Made by a program: the position numbers and the translations under genes. The notes below the pieces were generated by a model. It worked only from the letters and a program-made list of their open reading frames with translations, searched no databases and had not been told where the DNA came from. From NCBI GenBank assembly GCA_046291695.1, contig JBKBSO010000009.1:1707-65706 (forward strand): a DNA stretch of 64,000 nucleotides. Direction: 5' to 3'. This DNA is from Bacteroidia bacterium. Lineage in GTDB: Bacteria > Bacteroidota > Bacteroidia > UBA7662. Every line of letters begins with the position of its first letter. Positions within the stretch are counted from its first letter, which is position 1. Of this stretch, positions 30,670-41,716 are shown one piece after another.

Positions 30670-31095
30670 ATGTGTTTTCGACTTGTCCTCTTTAGCCTTT
30701 TGTTCGCCTTTCATTTACCTGTGCTCGCCCAGCAACAATTGTTTGTTCAGGTTACCAACATCAAAGATCATTCAGGTAAAAACATCAATTGTGGCCTTTT
30801 CAGGGCGGGTGATCAGTTCCCGGCACGTGAAAGTGTGTGGAAATATCAAATCAAGGCCGCCCATGGCGATACCCTGATTTTACGCTTCGATATTCCATTT
30901 GGCGCTTATGCCATTGGTGTTTCACATGATTTGAACGGCAATGGCCAACTCGACCGGAATATCTTCGGCTATCCTTCGGAACCCTTTGGCTTTTCTCGGA
31001 ATTTTAAACCCCGCTTTAGTGCGCCAACTTTTGAAGACTGCTCCTTTCGATTCGAAAAAAACAATCAGCTTATCAGAATCAGGTTGATTGATTAA
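30670..31095 (+). CDS. DUF2141 family secreted protein
   Basis: HDLNGNGQLD...PSEPFGFSRN...PTFEDC. Confidence 0.85.
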   Translation: MCFRLVLFSLLFAFHLPVLAQQQLFVQVTNIKDHSGKNINCGLFRAGDQFPARESVWKYQIKAAHGDTLILRFDIPFGAYAIGVSHDLNGNGQLDRNIFGYPSEPFGFSRNFKPRFSAPTFEDCSFRFEKNNQLIRIRLID

Positions 31096-31246
31096 TGATG
31101 CTGTTCATTCGTTTTCCAAGCCTTCCGCTTGCCGCTCACAAACCGCTCACATGAAGTTGCAATGAAACCCTCCCATTTCCTGGTTTTGTGGCTTCGGCTA
31201 AGTTTTGGACGTAAGTTGCAAGCTTACGGATAAGCAAATTAATGAT

Positions 31247-31678
31247 TCACTGAACCCGTTGCAGCTGTTTGGGTTTGCTCATTTTCCCATACATCACATA
31301 AACGGTTAATTCTTTGTCGTTTTGCTGAACCAAATCGGCCATATAAGAAAATCCCTTTTCCAAATCGAGCCATTCGCCCTGCACCCAGCGGGTACCTACT
31401 GGTTTCATACCACCCAGCACCACCATACCTATCAGAGGTTGTTTATAACGATTGTCTTTGGGCGAGCAGGTGTTGCAGCGGGGATCAGCAGCAAAAGCCG
31501 AATGTTTTGGGATTTGGGTAATCACCGCCTGCATGCCTGTTTCGGTTTGTTCGAATTGAACATACACCAAGGCCTTGCCTGTTTTGCTGTCTTTAATTTG
31601 CCAGATCCCTTCGGGCACCTTATGCTGAGCCAAGGCCGGGCAAGAAAGCAGCCATAGGAAAAATAGTAGTTTGTTCAC
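31247..31678 (-). CDS. DUF2147 family secreted protein
   Basis: Signal peptide; GIWQIKDSKTG, CxxC, PLIGMVVL, LDLEKG. Confidence 0.75.
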   Translation of the reverse strand: MNKLLFFLWLLSCPALAQHKVPEGIWQIKDSKTGKALVYVQFEQTETGMQAVITQIPKHSAFAADPRCNTCSPKDNRYKQPLIGMVVLGGMKPVGTRWVQGEWLDLEKGFSYMADLVQQNDKELTVYVMYGKMSKPKQLQRVQ

Positions 31679-32259
31679 TTTTTGGTTTCATTTTTAGCTG
31701 CCAATAATTCGCCGAGGGAAAAACTGGCAGGCCCGATTTGATAAGCTGGATCCGGTAGGTTTAGCAGTGGGTAAACGCGTTCAAAAAGCGAGGCTGTAGC
31801 ACGGGCATCGCCTATGGCGCGGTGGCGGTCTTCGACCGGAATTTCGAGGTCATTACAAATTTTCCCCAGAGAATAGGAAGCATGCCCCGGCAAAAACTGG
31901 CGACTACTTTTAAGCGTACAGAGTTTTGGCAAATCGAGTACAAAACCTGCCTCTTTAAGTTCGTGTCGCAAAAAATTGTAATCGAAATTAACGTCGTGGG
32001 CCACAAAAACACAATCTTCCAATTGCAGCATTACTTCGGCAGCGAGCTCCGCAAAGCGGGGCGCATTGGCAACCATGGCTTCCTGAATACCTGTAAGTTC
32101 CACCACAAAAGGAGGAATTGGGACACTGGGCTTAAACAGACTGTGCCATTCAGAAATCACCGCTCTGCCATTATGTCGTATGATAGCCAGGTCGATGATA
32201 TTATTTCCCGGGTATTTACTTCCGGTAGTTTCTATGTCTACAACTGCGTACAAAAACAT
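31675..32259 (-). CDS. DnaQ-like DEDDh 3'-5' exonuclease
   Basis: VDIETTG, VAHDVNFD, HRAIGDA. Confidence 0.9.
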   Translation of the reverse strand: MFLYAVVDIETTGSKYPGNNIIDLAIIRHNGRAVISEWHSLFKPSVPIPPFVVELTGIQEAMVANAPRFAELAAEVMLQLEDCVFVAHDVNFDYNFLRHELKEAGFVLDLPKLCTLKSSRQFLPGHASYSLGKICNDLEIPVEDRHRAIGDARATASLFERVYPLLNLPDPAYQIGPASFSLGELLAAKNETKK

Positions 32260-32297
32260 TCTTTTGCCAAAAATAAGGCGAAAGCTTCGGCTTTGAA

Positions 32298-32313
32298 TTA
32301 ATCTACAGTTAAT
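32298..32313 (+). promoter_or_regulatory. Possible Pho-box-like direct repeat
   Basis: TTAAT repeated with 11-bp period about 40 nt upstream of pstS; short and weak. Confidence 0.25.
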
Positions 32314-32350
32314 TTGTGGTGTATAATTTTATTTTTTGATGCCTTAAACC

Positions 32351-33295
32351 GTGAGTCAGAACAAAAAACTTCTTCTACCCCTGTGCATGTTCTTCTTATG
32401 GGCCTGTTCTACGGATGGAGTCAGGCGGGTAGAGAATTACATCCGAATAGATGGCTCAAGTACCGTTTACCCTATTACTGAAGCGGTAACTGAGCTTTTT
32501 TACGAGCAACATAAAAACTACAAAGTAGTGGTTGGAGTTTCGGGTACCGGGGGTGGTTTGCGTAAACTTATTCGTTCCGAAATCGACATTTGTAATGCCT
32601 CGCGCCCCATGAATGAAGATGAGCGAAGGCTTATTGCTGAAGCGGGCATCGAAGTGCTTGAGCTTCCTGTGGCCCTCGATGGCATTGTGATTGCCGTTAA
32701 TAAAGCCAATGATTGGGCTCAGGACATCAAAATCAGCGAGCTTCAGCGGTTGTGGCAAACCGAAAGTCAGGGCAAAACCATACGTTGGAGCGACTTACGC
32801 CCCGAGTGGCCGGCCATTCCTGTAATACTCTTTGGCGCGGGCCCTAGTTCGGGTACTTACGATTTTTTTACAGCTGCCGTAAATAAAAAAGCACGTTCGG
32901 GAAGAGGCGATTATGCGGCAAGCGAAAACGACAATATATTGGTGAAAGGCATTAGCGGCGAGCAGGCAGCACTGGGCTATTTTGGCTACACCTATTACCT
33001 CGAAAGCAAAGATGCACTCAAGGTACTTGCCGTAATTAACGATCGGGAGGTCGGAGCCCAAGCAGTTTACCCCGATAGCAGCAGCATCCGGAATTTCAGT
33101 TACCGGCCCTTTACCCGACAACAGTACCTCTACATTCGGATAGATGCCCTTCAGCGCTCAGCCGTGGCCGAATATCTGGTGTTTTACCTTGAGCATGTGG
33201 GGAGTTTGCACAGTAGCTTGGCCTTTATACCCCTGCCCGATGCTGAGTATCGCTATTGGCAAGCCGAATTGGCCAAATACCTTCCAAAGCCATGA
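32351..33295 (+). CDS. pstS: Phosphate ABC transporter substrate-binding lipoprotein
   Basis: Lipobox FLWAC; IDGSSTVYPI, SGTGGG, SSGTYDFF. Confidence 0.9.
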   Translation: MSQNKKLLLPLCMFFLWACSTDGVRRVENYIRIDGSSTVYPITEAVTELFYEQHKNYKVVVGVSGTGGGLRKLIRSEIDICNASRPMNEDERRLIAEAGIEVLELPVALDGIVIAVNKANDWAQDIKISELQRLWQTESQGKTIRWSDLRPEWPAIPVILFGAGPSSGTYDFFTAAVNKKARSGRGDYAASENDNILVKGISGEQAALGYFGYTYYLESKDALKVLAVINDREVGAQAVYPDSSSIRNFSYRPFTRQQYLYIRIDALQRSAVAEYLVFYLEHVGSLHSSLAFIPLPDAEYRYWQAELAKYLPKP

Positions 33296-34176
33296 GAATA
33301 GGTGAAAAAATCATCGAAGGACTATTGCGGTTAAGCAGTTGGTTTACGGTATTCATAACCTTGGCCGTAGTGGTTGTACTGGTGCGAAATGCCTGGGACT
33401 TTTTTTCGGAAGTACCCATCAGTGAATTTTTAAGCGCTACCCGTTGGACGCCCCTTTTCGAACAAAAGCAATTTGGTATGTGGCCGCTATTAAGTGGCAC
33501 CCTACTTACGGCCACCATCGCCATGTTGATAGCCTTGCCCCTGGGCCTGCTTATAAGCATTTATCTGAGTGAATATGCCCAGCCGGCCTGGCGTAAAATT
33601 GCCCGGCCGGCTCTCGACTTGCTTTCGGCCATACCCACCGTAGTGTATGGCTTTTTAGCATTGGTGTTCATTACTCCTTTACTGCAATGGTTTTTTCCCG
33701 GTATCGAAACCTACAATGCCCTTTCTCCTGGCTTGGTTATGGGCTTCATGATTTTGCCCATCATCACCAGCATCAGTGAAGATGCCATGAGAACGGTCCC
33801 CGCCAATTTACGCGAAGCAGCCCTGGCTGTAGGCGCTTCACGCTGGCAGGTGGCTTGGCGGGTAGTGCTGCCAACCGCTTTTAATGGGGTAACTGCCGCT
33901 GTTATCCTCGCCTTTTCACGTGCCCTGGGCGAAACCATGATTGTAAGCATAGCGGCTGGTCAACAAGCTCATTTTACCTTTAACCCCACCGTGGCCATAC
34001 AAACGGCCAGCAGCTACATCATTCAAATCAGTTTGGGTGATGTATCGCAAGCCTCACTCGAATACAACACCATCTTTGCCGTTGGGCTTAGCCTATTTAT
34101 CCTCACCTTCAGCCTCAACAACCTCAGTTTCTGGCTGAGACGACGCTTCAAAAACCGTCAACTGAATACGCCATGA
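33292..34176 (+). CDS. pstC: Phosphate ABC transporter permease
   Basis: IPTVVYGF, LREAALAVGA, SRALGETM. Confidence 0.92.
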   Translation: MRIGEKIIEGLLRLSSWFTVFITLAVVVVLVRNAWDFFSEVPISEFLSATRWTPLFEQKQFGMWPLLSGTLLTATIAMLIALPLGLLISIYLSEYAQPAWRKIARPALDLLSAIPTVVYGFLALVFITPLLQWFFPGIETYNALSPGLVMGFMILPIITSISEDAMRTVPANLREAALAVGASRWQVAWRVVLPTAFNGVTAAVILAFSRALGETMIVSIAAGQQAHFTFNPTVAIQTASSYIIQISLGDVSQASLEYNTIFAVGLSLFILTFSLNNLSFWLRRRFKNRQLNTP

Positions 34177-35069
34177 AAACTTCGTTCGGCAATTTATTTC
34201 TGCTTTTTGAACGCATTGAAAACTGGTACGATAACCGGAGAAAATCCGGCTTTGCGGTTTATGGTCTGCTTTTTACCATTTTGGTGGTGGCCATTGTGCT
34301 AGGCTTGTTTGTGTATGTGAGCATTTCGGGCTACCCCCGCCTTGGCAAATTATTTTTTACCACCTATGCTTCTCGAATTCCTGAACAGGCTGGTATTTTT
34401 CCGGCATTTATAGGCACCATTTGGGTACTGGTACTGGTATTTATCCTGAGCTTTCCGATAGGTTTGTTTGCCGGTATTCATCTTGAACATTATGTCAAAG
34501 GCGGTCGGTTTTCGCGTTTGCTCGAAATTAACATCACGAACCTGGCCGGCATTCCCTCGGTCATTTACGGCTTGCTGGGCTTACAGTTTTTTGTTCGCGG
34601 CATGTCGCTGGGCGAAAGCATTTTGGCTGCCTCACTTACCCTGAGCCTCATGGCCTTGCCTTTGGTAATTGTAGCCACGCGCGAAGCCCTACGCATGGTA
34701 CCGGCCAGTGTGCTCGAGGCCTCCTATGCCTTGGGCGCTACCAAATGGCAAAGCATCTGGTACCACGCCTTGCCCATTGCCTTCCCAGGTATCGTTTCAG
34801 GCGTGTTGCTGGCCATTACCCGCGCTATCGGCGAAGCAGCTCCCCTCCTGGTAATAGGCGCCGTGGCCTTTGTTCCCTTTGCGCCTGAATCGGTATTCGA
34901 CTATTTTACCGTACTCCCGGTGCAAATTTTCTTCTGGGCTACCAAACCCCAAAGCAGCTTCCTCATCAATGCCTCGGCAGCCATTTTGGTGTTGCTTTGC
35001 CTCACCCTGCTTTTAAACCTGTTGGCCGTACGCATCCGCGAACGCTGGCATAAACGCATCGAAAGCTAA
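34173..35069 (+). CDS. pstA: Phosphate ABC transporter permease
   Basis: [34 protein letters not shown]. Confidence 0.92.
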   Translation: MKTSFGNLFLLFERIENWYDNRRKSGFAVYGLLFTILVVAIVLGLFVYVSISGYPRLGKLFFTTYASRIPEQAGIFPAFIGTIWVLVLVFILSFPIGLFAGIHLEHYVKGGRFSRLLEINITNLAGIPSVIYGLLGLQFFVRGMSLGESILAASLTLSLMALPLVIVATREALRMVPASVLEASYALGATKWQSIWYHALPIAFPGIVSGVLLAITRAIGEAAPLLVIGAVAFVPFAPESVFDYFTVLPVQIFFWATKPQSSFLINASAAILVLLCLTLLLNLLAVRIRERWHKRIES

Positions 35070-35827
35070 TGTTTAAAATTGAAACCCGCGAAGTCGACTT
35101 CTGGTATGGCCATACTCAAGTGCTCAACCGCATCTCTATCGGCATCCTACCCAATACCGTTACCGCCCTCATCGGCCCTTCGGGCTGCGGGAAGTCAACC
35201 TTCCTTAGGCTTCTTAACCGCATGAACGAACTCATCCCACAATCGCGACATCATGGCGAAGTTTTTATCGACGGTCGCGACATCTACAGCCCCGACATCG
35301 ACCTGTACGAATTACGCAAACGCGTGGGCATGGTTTTCCAAAAACCTAACCCATTCCCAAAAAGTATCTACGAAAATGTGGCTTTCGGCCTTCGAATTAA
35401 AGGCGTTAACCATCGGGGATTTATCGACGAACGCGTTGAACGCACCTTGCGTCAGGTATTCTTGTGGGAAGAAGTAAAAGACAAACTACAACAACCGGCC
35501 CTCAACCTGAGTGGCGGGCAACAACAACGACTCTGCATTGCACGCGCCTTGGCCGTAGAACCTAGCATCTTGCTCATGGACGAACCAGCTTCCTCCCTCG
35601 ACCCCATCAGTACCTCAAAACTCGAAGAACTGGTGTACGAACTTAAACAAACCTACACCATCGTGATGGTTACCCACAATATGCAACAAGCCAGCCGTAC
35701 CAGCGACCGTACCGCTTTCCTCTACAAAGGTAACCTCATCGAATATAGCGATACCGCTACCTTTTTTACTAACCCAAGCAGCGAAAGCACCCAAAACTAC
35801 ATTACCGGCCGATTCAATGCCGATTGA
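35069..35827 (+). CDS. pstB: Phosphate ABC transporter ATPase
   Basis: [36 protein letters not shown]. Confidence 0.95.
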   Translation: MFKIETREVDFWYGHTQVLNRISIGILPNTVTALIGPSGCGKSTFLRLLNRMNELIPQSRHHGEVFIDGRDIYSPDIDLYELRKRVGMVFQKPNPFPKSIYENVAFGLRIKGVNHRGFIDERVERTLRQVFLWEEVKDKLQQPALNLSGGQQQRLCIARALAVEPSILLMDEPASSLDPISTSKLEELVYELKQTYTIVMVTHNMQQASRTSDRTAFLYKGNLIEYSDTATFFTNPSSESTQNYITGRFNAD

Positions 35828-35834
35828 AACCAAG

Positions 35835-38800
35835 CTAGGGAATAATCACCACGCGACCGTGCCAGTAATGCAGAGCATCTACAATACGATAACTGTATAA
35901 ACCCGCCTGCAAGGACTGAAGCTGTACGTCTGTTTGCCGCTGGCCGGCTTCCAAAGCTTGCCGCATTACCAAACGGCCGCTTAAATCGTACAATTCCCAA
36001 ACCGCCTCCTTACCCCAAACTTCTTCTGTTTGAATGCGTACATGCGTGTTGGCCGGATTGGGATAAACCAATGCTTCACCCCTTTGCAAACTTGCTACAC
36101 CAGTAGGAAAGCGATACTCACATCGGATGTCATTGGCCGGATTTACATCCAATGTAATGTACTTCGGATAGGCACAAAACTCTAAACTTCCGGGCTCAAC
36201 CCAGGTCCACGACTGCGGAAAGGTAAAATGTAGCGTATCGCCGGGCGCCAAGCTGCGGTTTACAGTAGCTATGGCCAATTCGGCCCCATTCACCCGATAA
36301 GCAAGCACAAAGGTATCCAACGCTAAACTTCCAAAATTCTGTACCGCAACTTCTACTGCATAAAACACGCCGGGTACCACCTCCGACAAAATCGGCTGTA
36401 TGATGCGGGTAAGGCCGGCATCAAAAGTACCTGTACTGGTAATAACCAAGCTGTCGGTAAAACTACAATTCCCCTTATCCAGTTCGAGGCGTATGCTTCC
36501 CGAACCCATAATCAAACTTGGCAAAATCGGCTGCGTGCCGATAAGTTGTCCATTTACCCCATACCAACGTACGGCATCGGCCGGATTCCGAACAAAAATT
36601 TCAGCTGCCGGCCAAGCCTGCCCCGTAGGCGTGGCCCCAAAATCGCTGAGCATTTGGCCGGCTTCAAGATTTAAAACCGCATGCTGGAACACCGAACTAG
36701 ACGGGTTCCGTTGTGCCAAAATAAATGTCCCCGGCTTACTCGTTTTGATATACAAATAAGCCCGCTGCCCAGGCACCAATAACAGCGGTCGCTGAAAGCT
36801 AAGTTGCCCCAAACCGGGCTGCAGCATTACCAAAGCACCGGAAGCAACCGGACTACTATGCAAGGCCGAAGGCGAAGTAATTCCGGGATATTCAGATTGC
36901 CAATACACTTGAACACCTGTAAATTCGGTCACATTTAGCCTTAAGGCCCATACTTCAGTAAACCGATTGGCCTCAAGGCTCAGCCAAACCCCAGATGCAC
37001 TGTCATTAAAGCTGGTAGCCGGACTCAAGCTGGTGCTGGCTGCCAGGCCGGCATCGAGGGTAATGGGAAGCCGTTCCGGGCCGCTGATGTCGGCCAACTG
37101 GGTTTGAAGTGGTTGACGGCTAATAAAACGTGCAGGCCCTATACGCAGGCTATCGCTTTGCACAAAAACACGTACACTCAACTGCTCGGGCTGTACCGCT
37201 GCCGGCAAACTGGCCTGGTATAATCCCAAGCCCGAACCACTGCTAATTAAACTCATGGGTACCGACTGCTCCTGTCCCTGGCTGTTATGCCACCGCAAGC
37301 TTACCGATTGTACCTGCGACGGATTACTCACCAAACTGGTGATGGCCAGGGGAGCATTGGCTACGCAACTTATTTGATCGGCCGATGCCGTGGGTGCCAA
37401 ACTGGTGTCGCCCAATAGGGCACGGCTTCCACCCAGGTCACTGATGCTAAATTGGTCGATGGCTATCCCTTCGAGCGCCAGGGGAGCACTGCTGGTATCG
37501 AAATCATGGTAAAACATGATCCTAAAACGGATGCTACTTGCTGCCGTTAGCTCAGGCATAAGGAATACAGCTTGCGACCAGCTGGTTCTACCTTCACCCG
37601 TCCAAGCCGGTCCATTCACCGAAGCATGTAAAGGAGCCGGAGCATCGTACCATCCTTGACTGCCAAATGCAAATAAATCACCCAACAACTCCCAGCCTTG
37701 ACCCCGATTGAACTGCATTTGCGCCAACATGCGACTCGATAGCTGATGGCGAATAGCAAACCGCATTACCGGAATACCCAAGCCGCTGAAATCAAAACAT
37801 GGACTTTCGAGCCAACTTCGCTCTCCCCGGTTGGGCAAACCCGAAGGGTTGGTAATCCAACACCATTCCCCATCGGCAGCGGCATTCATCAAAGGCCCTG
37901 TTGGTTTGGCGCGCTCCCAACTGCTGTTGAAGCCCCCAGTTTGCCAGCCTTGTGCGGTTTCGAAATTGGCAAGATACGGATAGGCCGTAACCTGGGCCAC
38001 ACGCACATGCGGCAAGCGAATGGTATCGTAGCCGCGGTAGGTATCGCCCAAGTTGGCTGTAAAAAAAGAAAGCTGGCCAGTGGCTGAATTTTGTGCCGCG
38101 AGGCTAAGCTGAACCGTATCTACATCGCCAGGGAACAACAAGCGATTCACATCGCGATATTGCACCGCATGGGAATTTATTTGTCCACCTACCCGAATTT
38201 GATTTAATATTGCTAACCCTGTATTACGCACAAACAAGGTGGCCTGAACAGGCTGTTGGGCGTCGCACGGGTCGTATTGAAATTGAACGCTATCGAGCAC
38301 CAGATTTTCGATAGAATATCCATCCAATTCGAGCGCATCGAGGGCTATATAAGCCAATGAATCGGCCGTGGCAACCAATATCCAGCGTAGCGCATCGGTT
38401 TGTGTATTCAGCAAAAGATTGCGCATTTGCCAGCGAGCATCTGCCGCCTGCGACTGCGGTTGGGTGATCGAGTCTATGGTATGCCAACCACCACCCCAAC
38501 GGGCCTGAACCCACATCTGCATTTGCCCCCGGCTGTGTAACCGGTATCGTAACGCATACAGTTCAAGCGGATCGAAAGCCAGACACTCCCACTGATAAAC
38601 GGCAGAATCTCCGGCCTGCGCATACCGGGCATCGGCCAGCAGGTAATGTCCGGTTGCATCCTCCGAAGCATCACGTAACGGACCACGCCCACCTGAAATG
38701 GCTGTGGCTGCTTGCCGCCGAAGCCCAAAGCCTGCTCCACCTGCTGTCAACTGCTGATCAGCCATTTCAAAATCGCGAACTTGTGGGAACTGATTTAGCA

Positions 38801-40559
38801 AAGTATTCCGCACACTTCCAAATAGGCTGTCATTTTCGGGTCGGCCATCATACTGGCTATCTGGATAAATTTCTACCCAATAATCACCGGGCGCTGTAAA
38901 ATTGAGCTGGGTACTAAAGCTTATCCACTGCTCCGAAGCCGGAGCAAGCTGGCCACTGAATTGTTCAACCGCCAACAACTGGCCATTCAGCAATAAGCGC
39001 AGGCGCGGGGCAGGAAGGCTATCCAATCCCAAATTGCGGATGAGCAGCTGCGGAAAAACCGGTGAAGGATTACAGCCCGAAGCTGGTAGGTTAAGCCCTA
39101 CCAACGCCAATTCTCGGGCAGGTGGTTCAAATTCATATGCCCCCACATCAGGGATCAACCCACGAATAGCTCCACTAAAATCCAACTGTAGCCCTGGCAA
39201 GGAAATCCCCTTGTTGTCGATAGCAGTAGCACTGGGTTGCATGCGCCGTGGGCCTAAAAAAGCCGCTGAGGCAAGCACTGAGTTTAGATCGCGCTGTGTG
39301 GCACTGCGCCAAGCCGCTAAAGTAGCAAAGTCTTGTAGGGGCGGTCCGTATAAGCGAAAATAAGACGTGCCCCCGCCCCCCCCCAACCAAAAGGCGTTGT
39401 GATCGGTATATCCGGCCAAATTCCATGGTCGAACCAGTGCCCTGAAGTTAGCCGGAAAACTGCCTCCGGCCATTGGTGCTGCTTCAAATATATTGTTGAA
39501 ACAGGCGAGGGAGTCGCCCGGGTGTCGGCTACCACTCATGAATAAAATGGCCTGTAGGCTATCGGCCGATTGGTTCTGAAGCTGCACCCCCAGGCTGTTG
39601 TGCGCAAACAACAAAGCAGTAGCACCTGCCGCACTATCGGTTTGTAAATGAATCAAGCGAATGGCTTGGGAGAGCGGCCAGCTACGGCCATCAACTTGCC
39701 CTTCAAAAACATTGTTGTACACCCGATTGAAGCCCGCCATACCATCGGCCAAAGCGGCCCGGAGGTGTAAAAGCTTCCCAGGCAAGGATCCCTGGATTTG
39801 ATTGTTGTAAAAATCGAGTCGATAAAGCCTTTCGAGCCCAATGACACATGCCATGCTGTCGGCATGGCGTACGCTACCAAAGTAGTTATGATGAAGCTGG
39901 GCATCGTGCGCTCCAGCCAGTTGCAAGGCGAAATTGCGATAATTCGACACATGATTGTGCGCAAATACCAGGTGAAAAGCTGAATCGGCATGTACGATTT
40001 GTACACCACCATAAAAACCGCTGATGTGGTTATGGCCAAGCGTGAACGTTCCGGCTGTAGCTTCAATGGCGATTGCAAGATTAGTCGCCCTGGCATCGGC
40101 ACTCAGATCCTCAAGCCGTGAATCCAGCAGCCGAAATGTATCGGCCATTACCACTGAAATCAACGGGCCACCATTTACGCCGAGCTGAGTCCTAAGCAAT
40201 TGTAAGCCATTTAACTCCCAACGACCTCCCGTAACCACACTAAAAATTGACGGACTCAACGCAAGCGGATCAGCTTCAAATACCACTGAAGCATTGCCCT
40301 GAATACGTACCAAGTGATGGGTAGCCGGAAGCTGATGGTGACTGCGCCAGATGCCGGTTTGCAATTGTAAAATTACCGGACCGCTTACATTGCCACAGGC
40401 AATTTGAGCCAGGGCTTGCTCAAGCGTCGAAAAATCTGCCGTACTGCTGCCAACCGTGTAGGTGCCGCCGGCAAGCGGATTACATTGCGCCCAAAGCGAC
40501 TGGCTTGCGCCAAAAAAGAGCGTAATGCCAAGGGTGAATAGTAAAAGTTTTTTGCACAT
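35835..40559 (-). CDS. Large T9SS-secreted surface protein (beta-helix, CARDB/Ig-like, MAM-like repeats)
   Basis: Signal peptide; PDVGAYEF beta-helix end; ERSWLESPCFDFS; C-terminal VYPNPA...GLYSYRI CTD. Confidence 0.75.
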   Translation of the reverse strand: MCKKLLLFTLGITLFFGASQSLWAQCNPLAGGTYTVGSSTADFSTLEQALAQIACGNVSGPVILQLQTGIWRSHHQLPATHHLVRIQGNASVVFEADPLALSPSIFSVVTGGRWELNGLQLLRTQLGVNGGPLISVVMADTFRLLDSRLEDLSADARATNLAIAIEATAGTFTLGHNHISGFYGGVQIVHADSAFHLVFAHNHVSNYRNFALQLAGAHDAQLHHNYFGSVRHADSMACVIGLERLYRLDFYNNQIQGSLPGKLLHLRAALADGMAGFNRVYNNVFEGQVDGRSWPLSQAIRLIHLQTDSAAGATALLFAHNSLGVQLQNQSADSLQAILFMSGSRHPGDSLACFNNIFEAAPMAGGSFPANFRALVRPWNLAGYTDHNAFWLGGGGGTSYFRLYGPPLQDFATLAAWRSATQRDLNSVLASAAFLGPRRMQPSATAIDNKGISLPGLQLDFSGAIRGLIPDVGAYEFEPPARELALVGLNLPASGCNPSPVFPQLLIRNLGLDSLPAPRLRLLLNGQLLAVEQFSGQLAPASEQWISFSTQLNFTAPGDYWVEIYPDSQYDGRPENDSLFGSVRNTLLNQFPQVRDFEMADQQLTAGGAGFGLRRQAATAISGGRGPLRDASEDATGHYLLADARYAQAGDSAVYQWECLAFDPLELYALRYRLHSRGQMQMWVQARWGGGWHTIDSITQPQSQAADARWQMRNLLLNTQTDALRWILVATADSLAYIALDALELDGYSIENLVLDSVQFQYDPCDAQQPVQATLFVRNTGLAILNQIRVGGQINSHAVQYRDVNRLLFPGDVDTVQLSLAAQNSATGQLSFFTANLGDTYRGYDTIRLPHVRVAQVTAYPYLANFETAQGWQTGGFNSSWERAKPTGPLMNAAADGEWCWITNPSGLPNRGERSWLESPCFDFSGLGIPVMRFAIRHQLSSRMLAQMQFNRGQGWELLGDLFAFGSQGWYDAPAPLHASVNGPAWTGEGRTSWSQAVFLMPELTAASSIRFRIMFYHDFDTSSAPLALEGIAIDQFSISDLGGSRALLGDTSLAPTASADQISCVANAPLAITSLVSNPSQVQSVSLRWHNSQGQEQSVPMSLISSGSGLGLYQASLPAAVQPEQLSVRVFVQSDSLRIGPARFISRQPLQTQLADISGPERLPITLDAGLAASTSLSPATSFNDSASGVWLSLEANRFTEVWALRLNVTEFTGVQVYWQSEYPGITSPSALHSSPVASGALVMLQPGLGQLSFQRPLLLVPGQRAYLYIKTSKPGTFILAQRNPSSSVFQHAVLNLEAGQMLSDFGATPTGQAWPAAEIFVRNPADAVRWYGVNGQLIGTQPILPSLIMGSGSIRLELDKGNCSFTDSLVITSTGTFDAGLTRIIQPILSEVVPGVFYAVEVAVQNFGSLALDTFVLAYRVNGAELAIATVNRSLAPGDTLHFTFPQSWTWVEPGSLEFCAYPKYITLDVNPANDIRCEYRFPTGVASLQRGEALVYPNPANTHVRIQTEEVWGKEAVWELYDLSGRLVMRQALEAGQRQTDVQLQSLQAGLYSYRIVDALHYWHGRVVIIP

Positions 40560-40967
40560 AAATCAATGGGTGAAGATACGGCCTTACAGGAGCACTCAGA
40601 CTAAAATACGATTAAAAATCGTTGTAAACCATCGCATGTCATTCAGGGCCGTTACGGCATCGGCTTCTGGCATTCGGAATCTAAGGTCATTGAGCTACGT
40701 CTTTACCTACAAGCCGTTGATGATGCAAGGTCTGCTAGTGCTCCTTACTGGTTCAAAAGGGTGCAGAGCAAATCCCCAAGCCCGCAAGCGCAAAAATATG
40801 GGGCTTCTGCCTTTCGTGTTAATACCCCTTAGGACCTGATTGGTTTGACCTGTACAACCCCAAACAACCGACTACGACCAAAAGCAGCCCTAAGGCATTT
40901 CAATAAGCTATCGGTTAATGACTGCCTTAAACCGGAACTTTTGTGCTATTATTGGGTTTGCAATTTT

Positions 40968-41606
40968 ATGGACACACCACTCAATGCTATATTTCCTCAA
41001 CTCGAAAAAACCGTAATCGAAAAACTAACTGCAAACGGCCAGCGAAAGATTTTTAAACGCGACGATATTTTGATGGACAGCGGACAGTACATCAAAAACA
41101 GTGTCATCATACTCCATGGTCGGGTCAAGGTTTATCGTCAGGATGATGAAGGGCAAGAGTTTTTTCTATATTTCCTCGAAGCAGGACAAGCCTGTGCCAT
41201 AAGCATGATCTGTGCCATCCGCCAAGAAACCAGCGGACTCACCGCGGTAGCCGACGAAGAAACTGAAGTGCTTATCTTACCTATAGCGCTTATGGAAGAG
41301 CTGATGCAACAACACCGAAGCTGGTATCAGTATGTGTTGCAAACCTATCGTCAGCGTTTCGAAGAAGTATTGGCCAGCCTCGAGCAAGTAGCCTTCCGCA
41401 GCATGGATGAGCGTTTGGTATTCTACCTGAAAAAGCAGCAGGAAAGTTTACACACCCAACTCATACCACGCACGCATGAACAGATTGCCCATGATCTAGG
41501 GAGTTCGCGTGTGGTGATTTCCCGACTGCTCAAAGCCATGGAGCACAAGGGATATGTAAAACTCCACCGCAACCAGCTCGAAATTTTGCGCTTACCACAA
41601 GTATAG
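40968..41606 (+). CDS. Crp/Fnr family transcriptional regulator
   Basis: cNMP-binding domain plus HTH THEQIAHDLGSSRVVISRLLK. Confidence 0.9.
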   Translation: MDTPLNAIFPQLEKTVIEKLTANGQRKIFKRDDILMDSGQYIKNSVIILHGRVKVYRQDDEGQEFFLYFLEAGQACAISMICAIRQETSGLTAVADEETEVLILPIALMEELMQQHRSWYQYVLQTYRQRFEEVLASLEQVAFRSMDERLVFYLKKQQESLHTQLIPRTHEQIAHDLGSSRVVISRLLKAMEHKGYVKLHRNQLEILRLPQV

Positions 41607-41716
41607 CAAAGCGTATATGGGCTCCTGCTTGTAGCTGACCATTTATCATTCAAGCCCGCAATATTTTTTTGAAGCACATTTAACATGCTCCTAAACTTCA
41701 TTGATTAATTTGCGTC

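Noticed and set aside
31132-31151. CCGCTCACA direct repeat between convergent DUF2141 and DUF2147 genes
   Set aside because: It is short, has only two copies, and lies downstream of both genes; no function can be supported.
32351-35827. pstSCAB lacking an adjacent phoU
   Set aside because: phoU is often encoded elsewhere, so this cannot be judged from one window.
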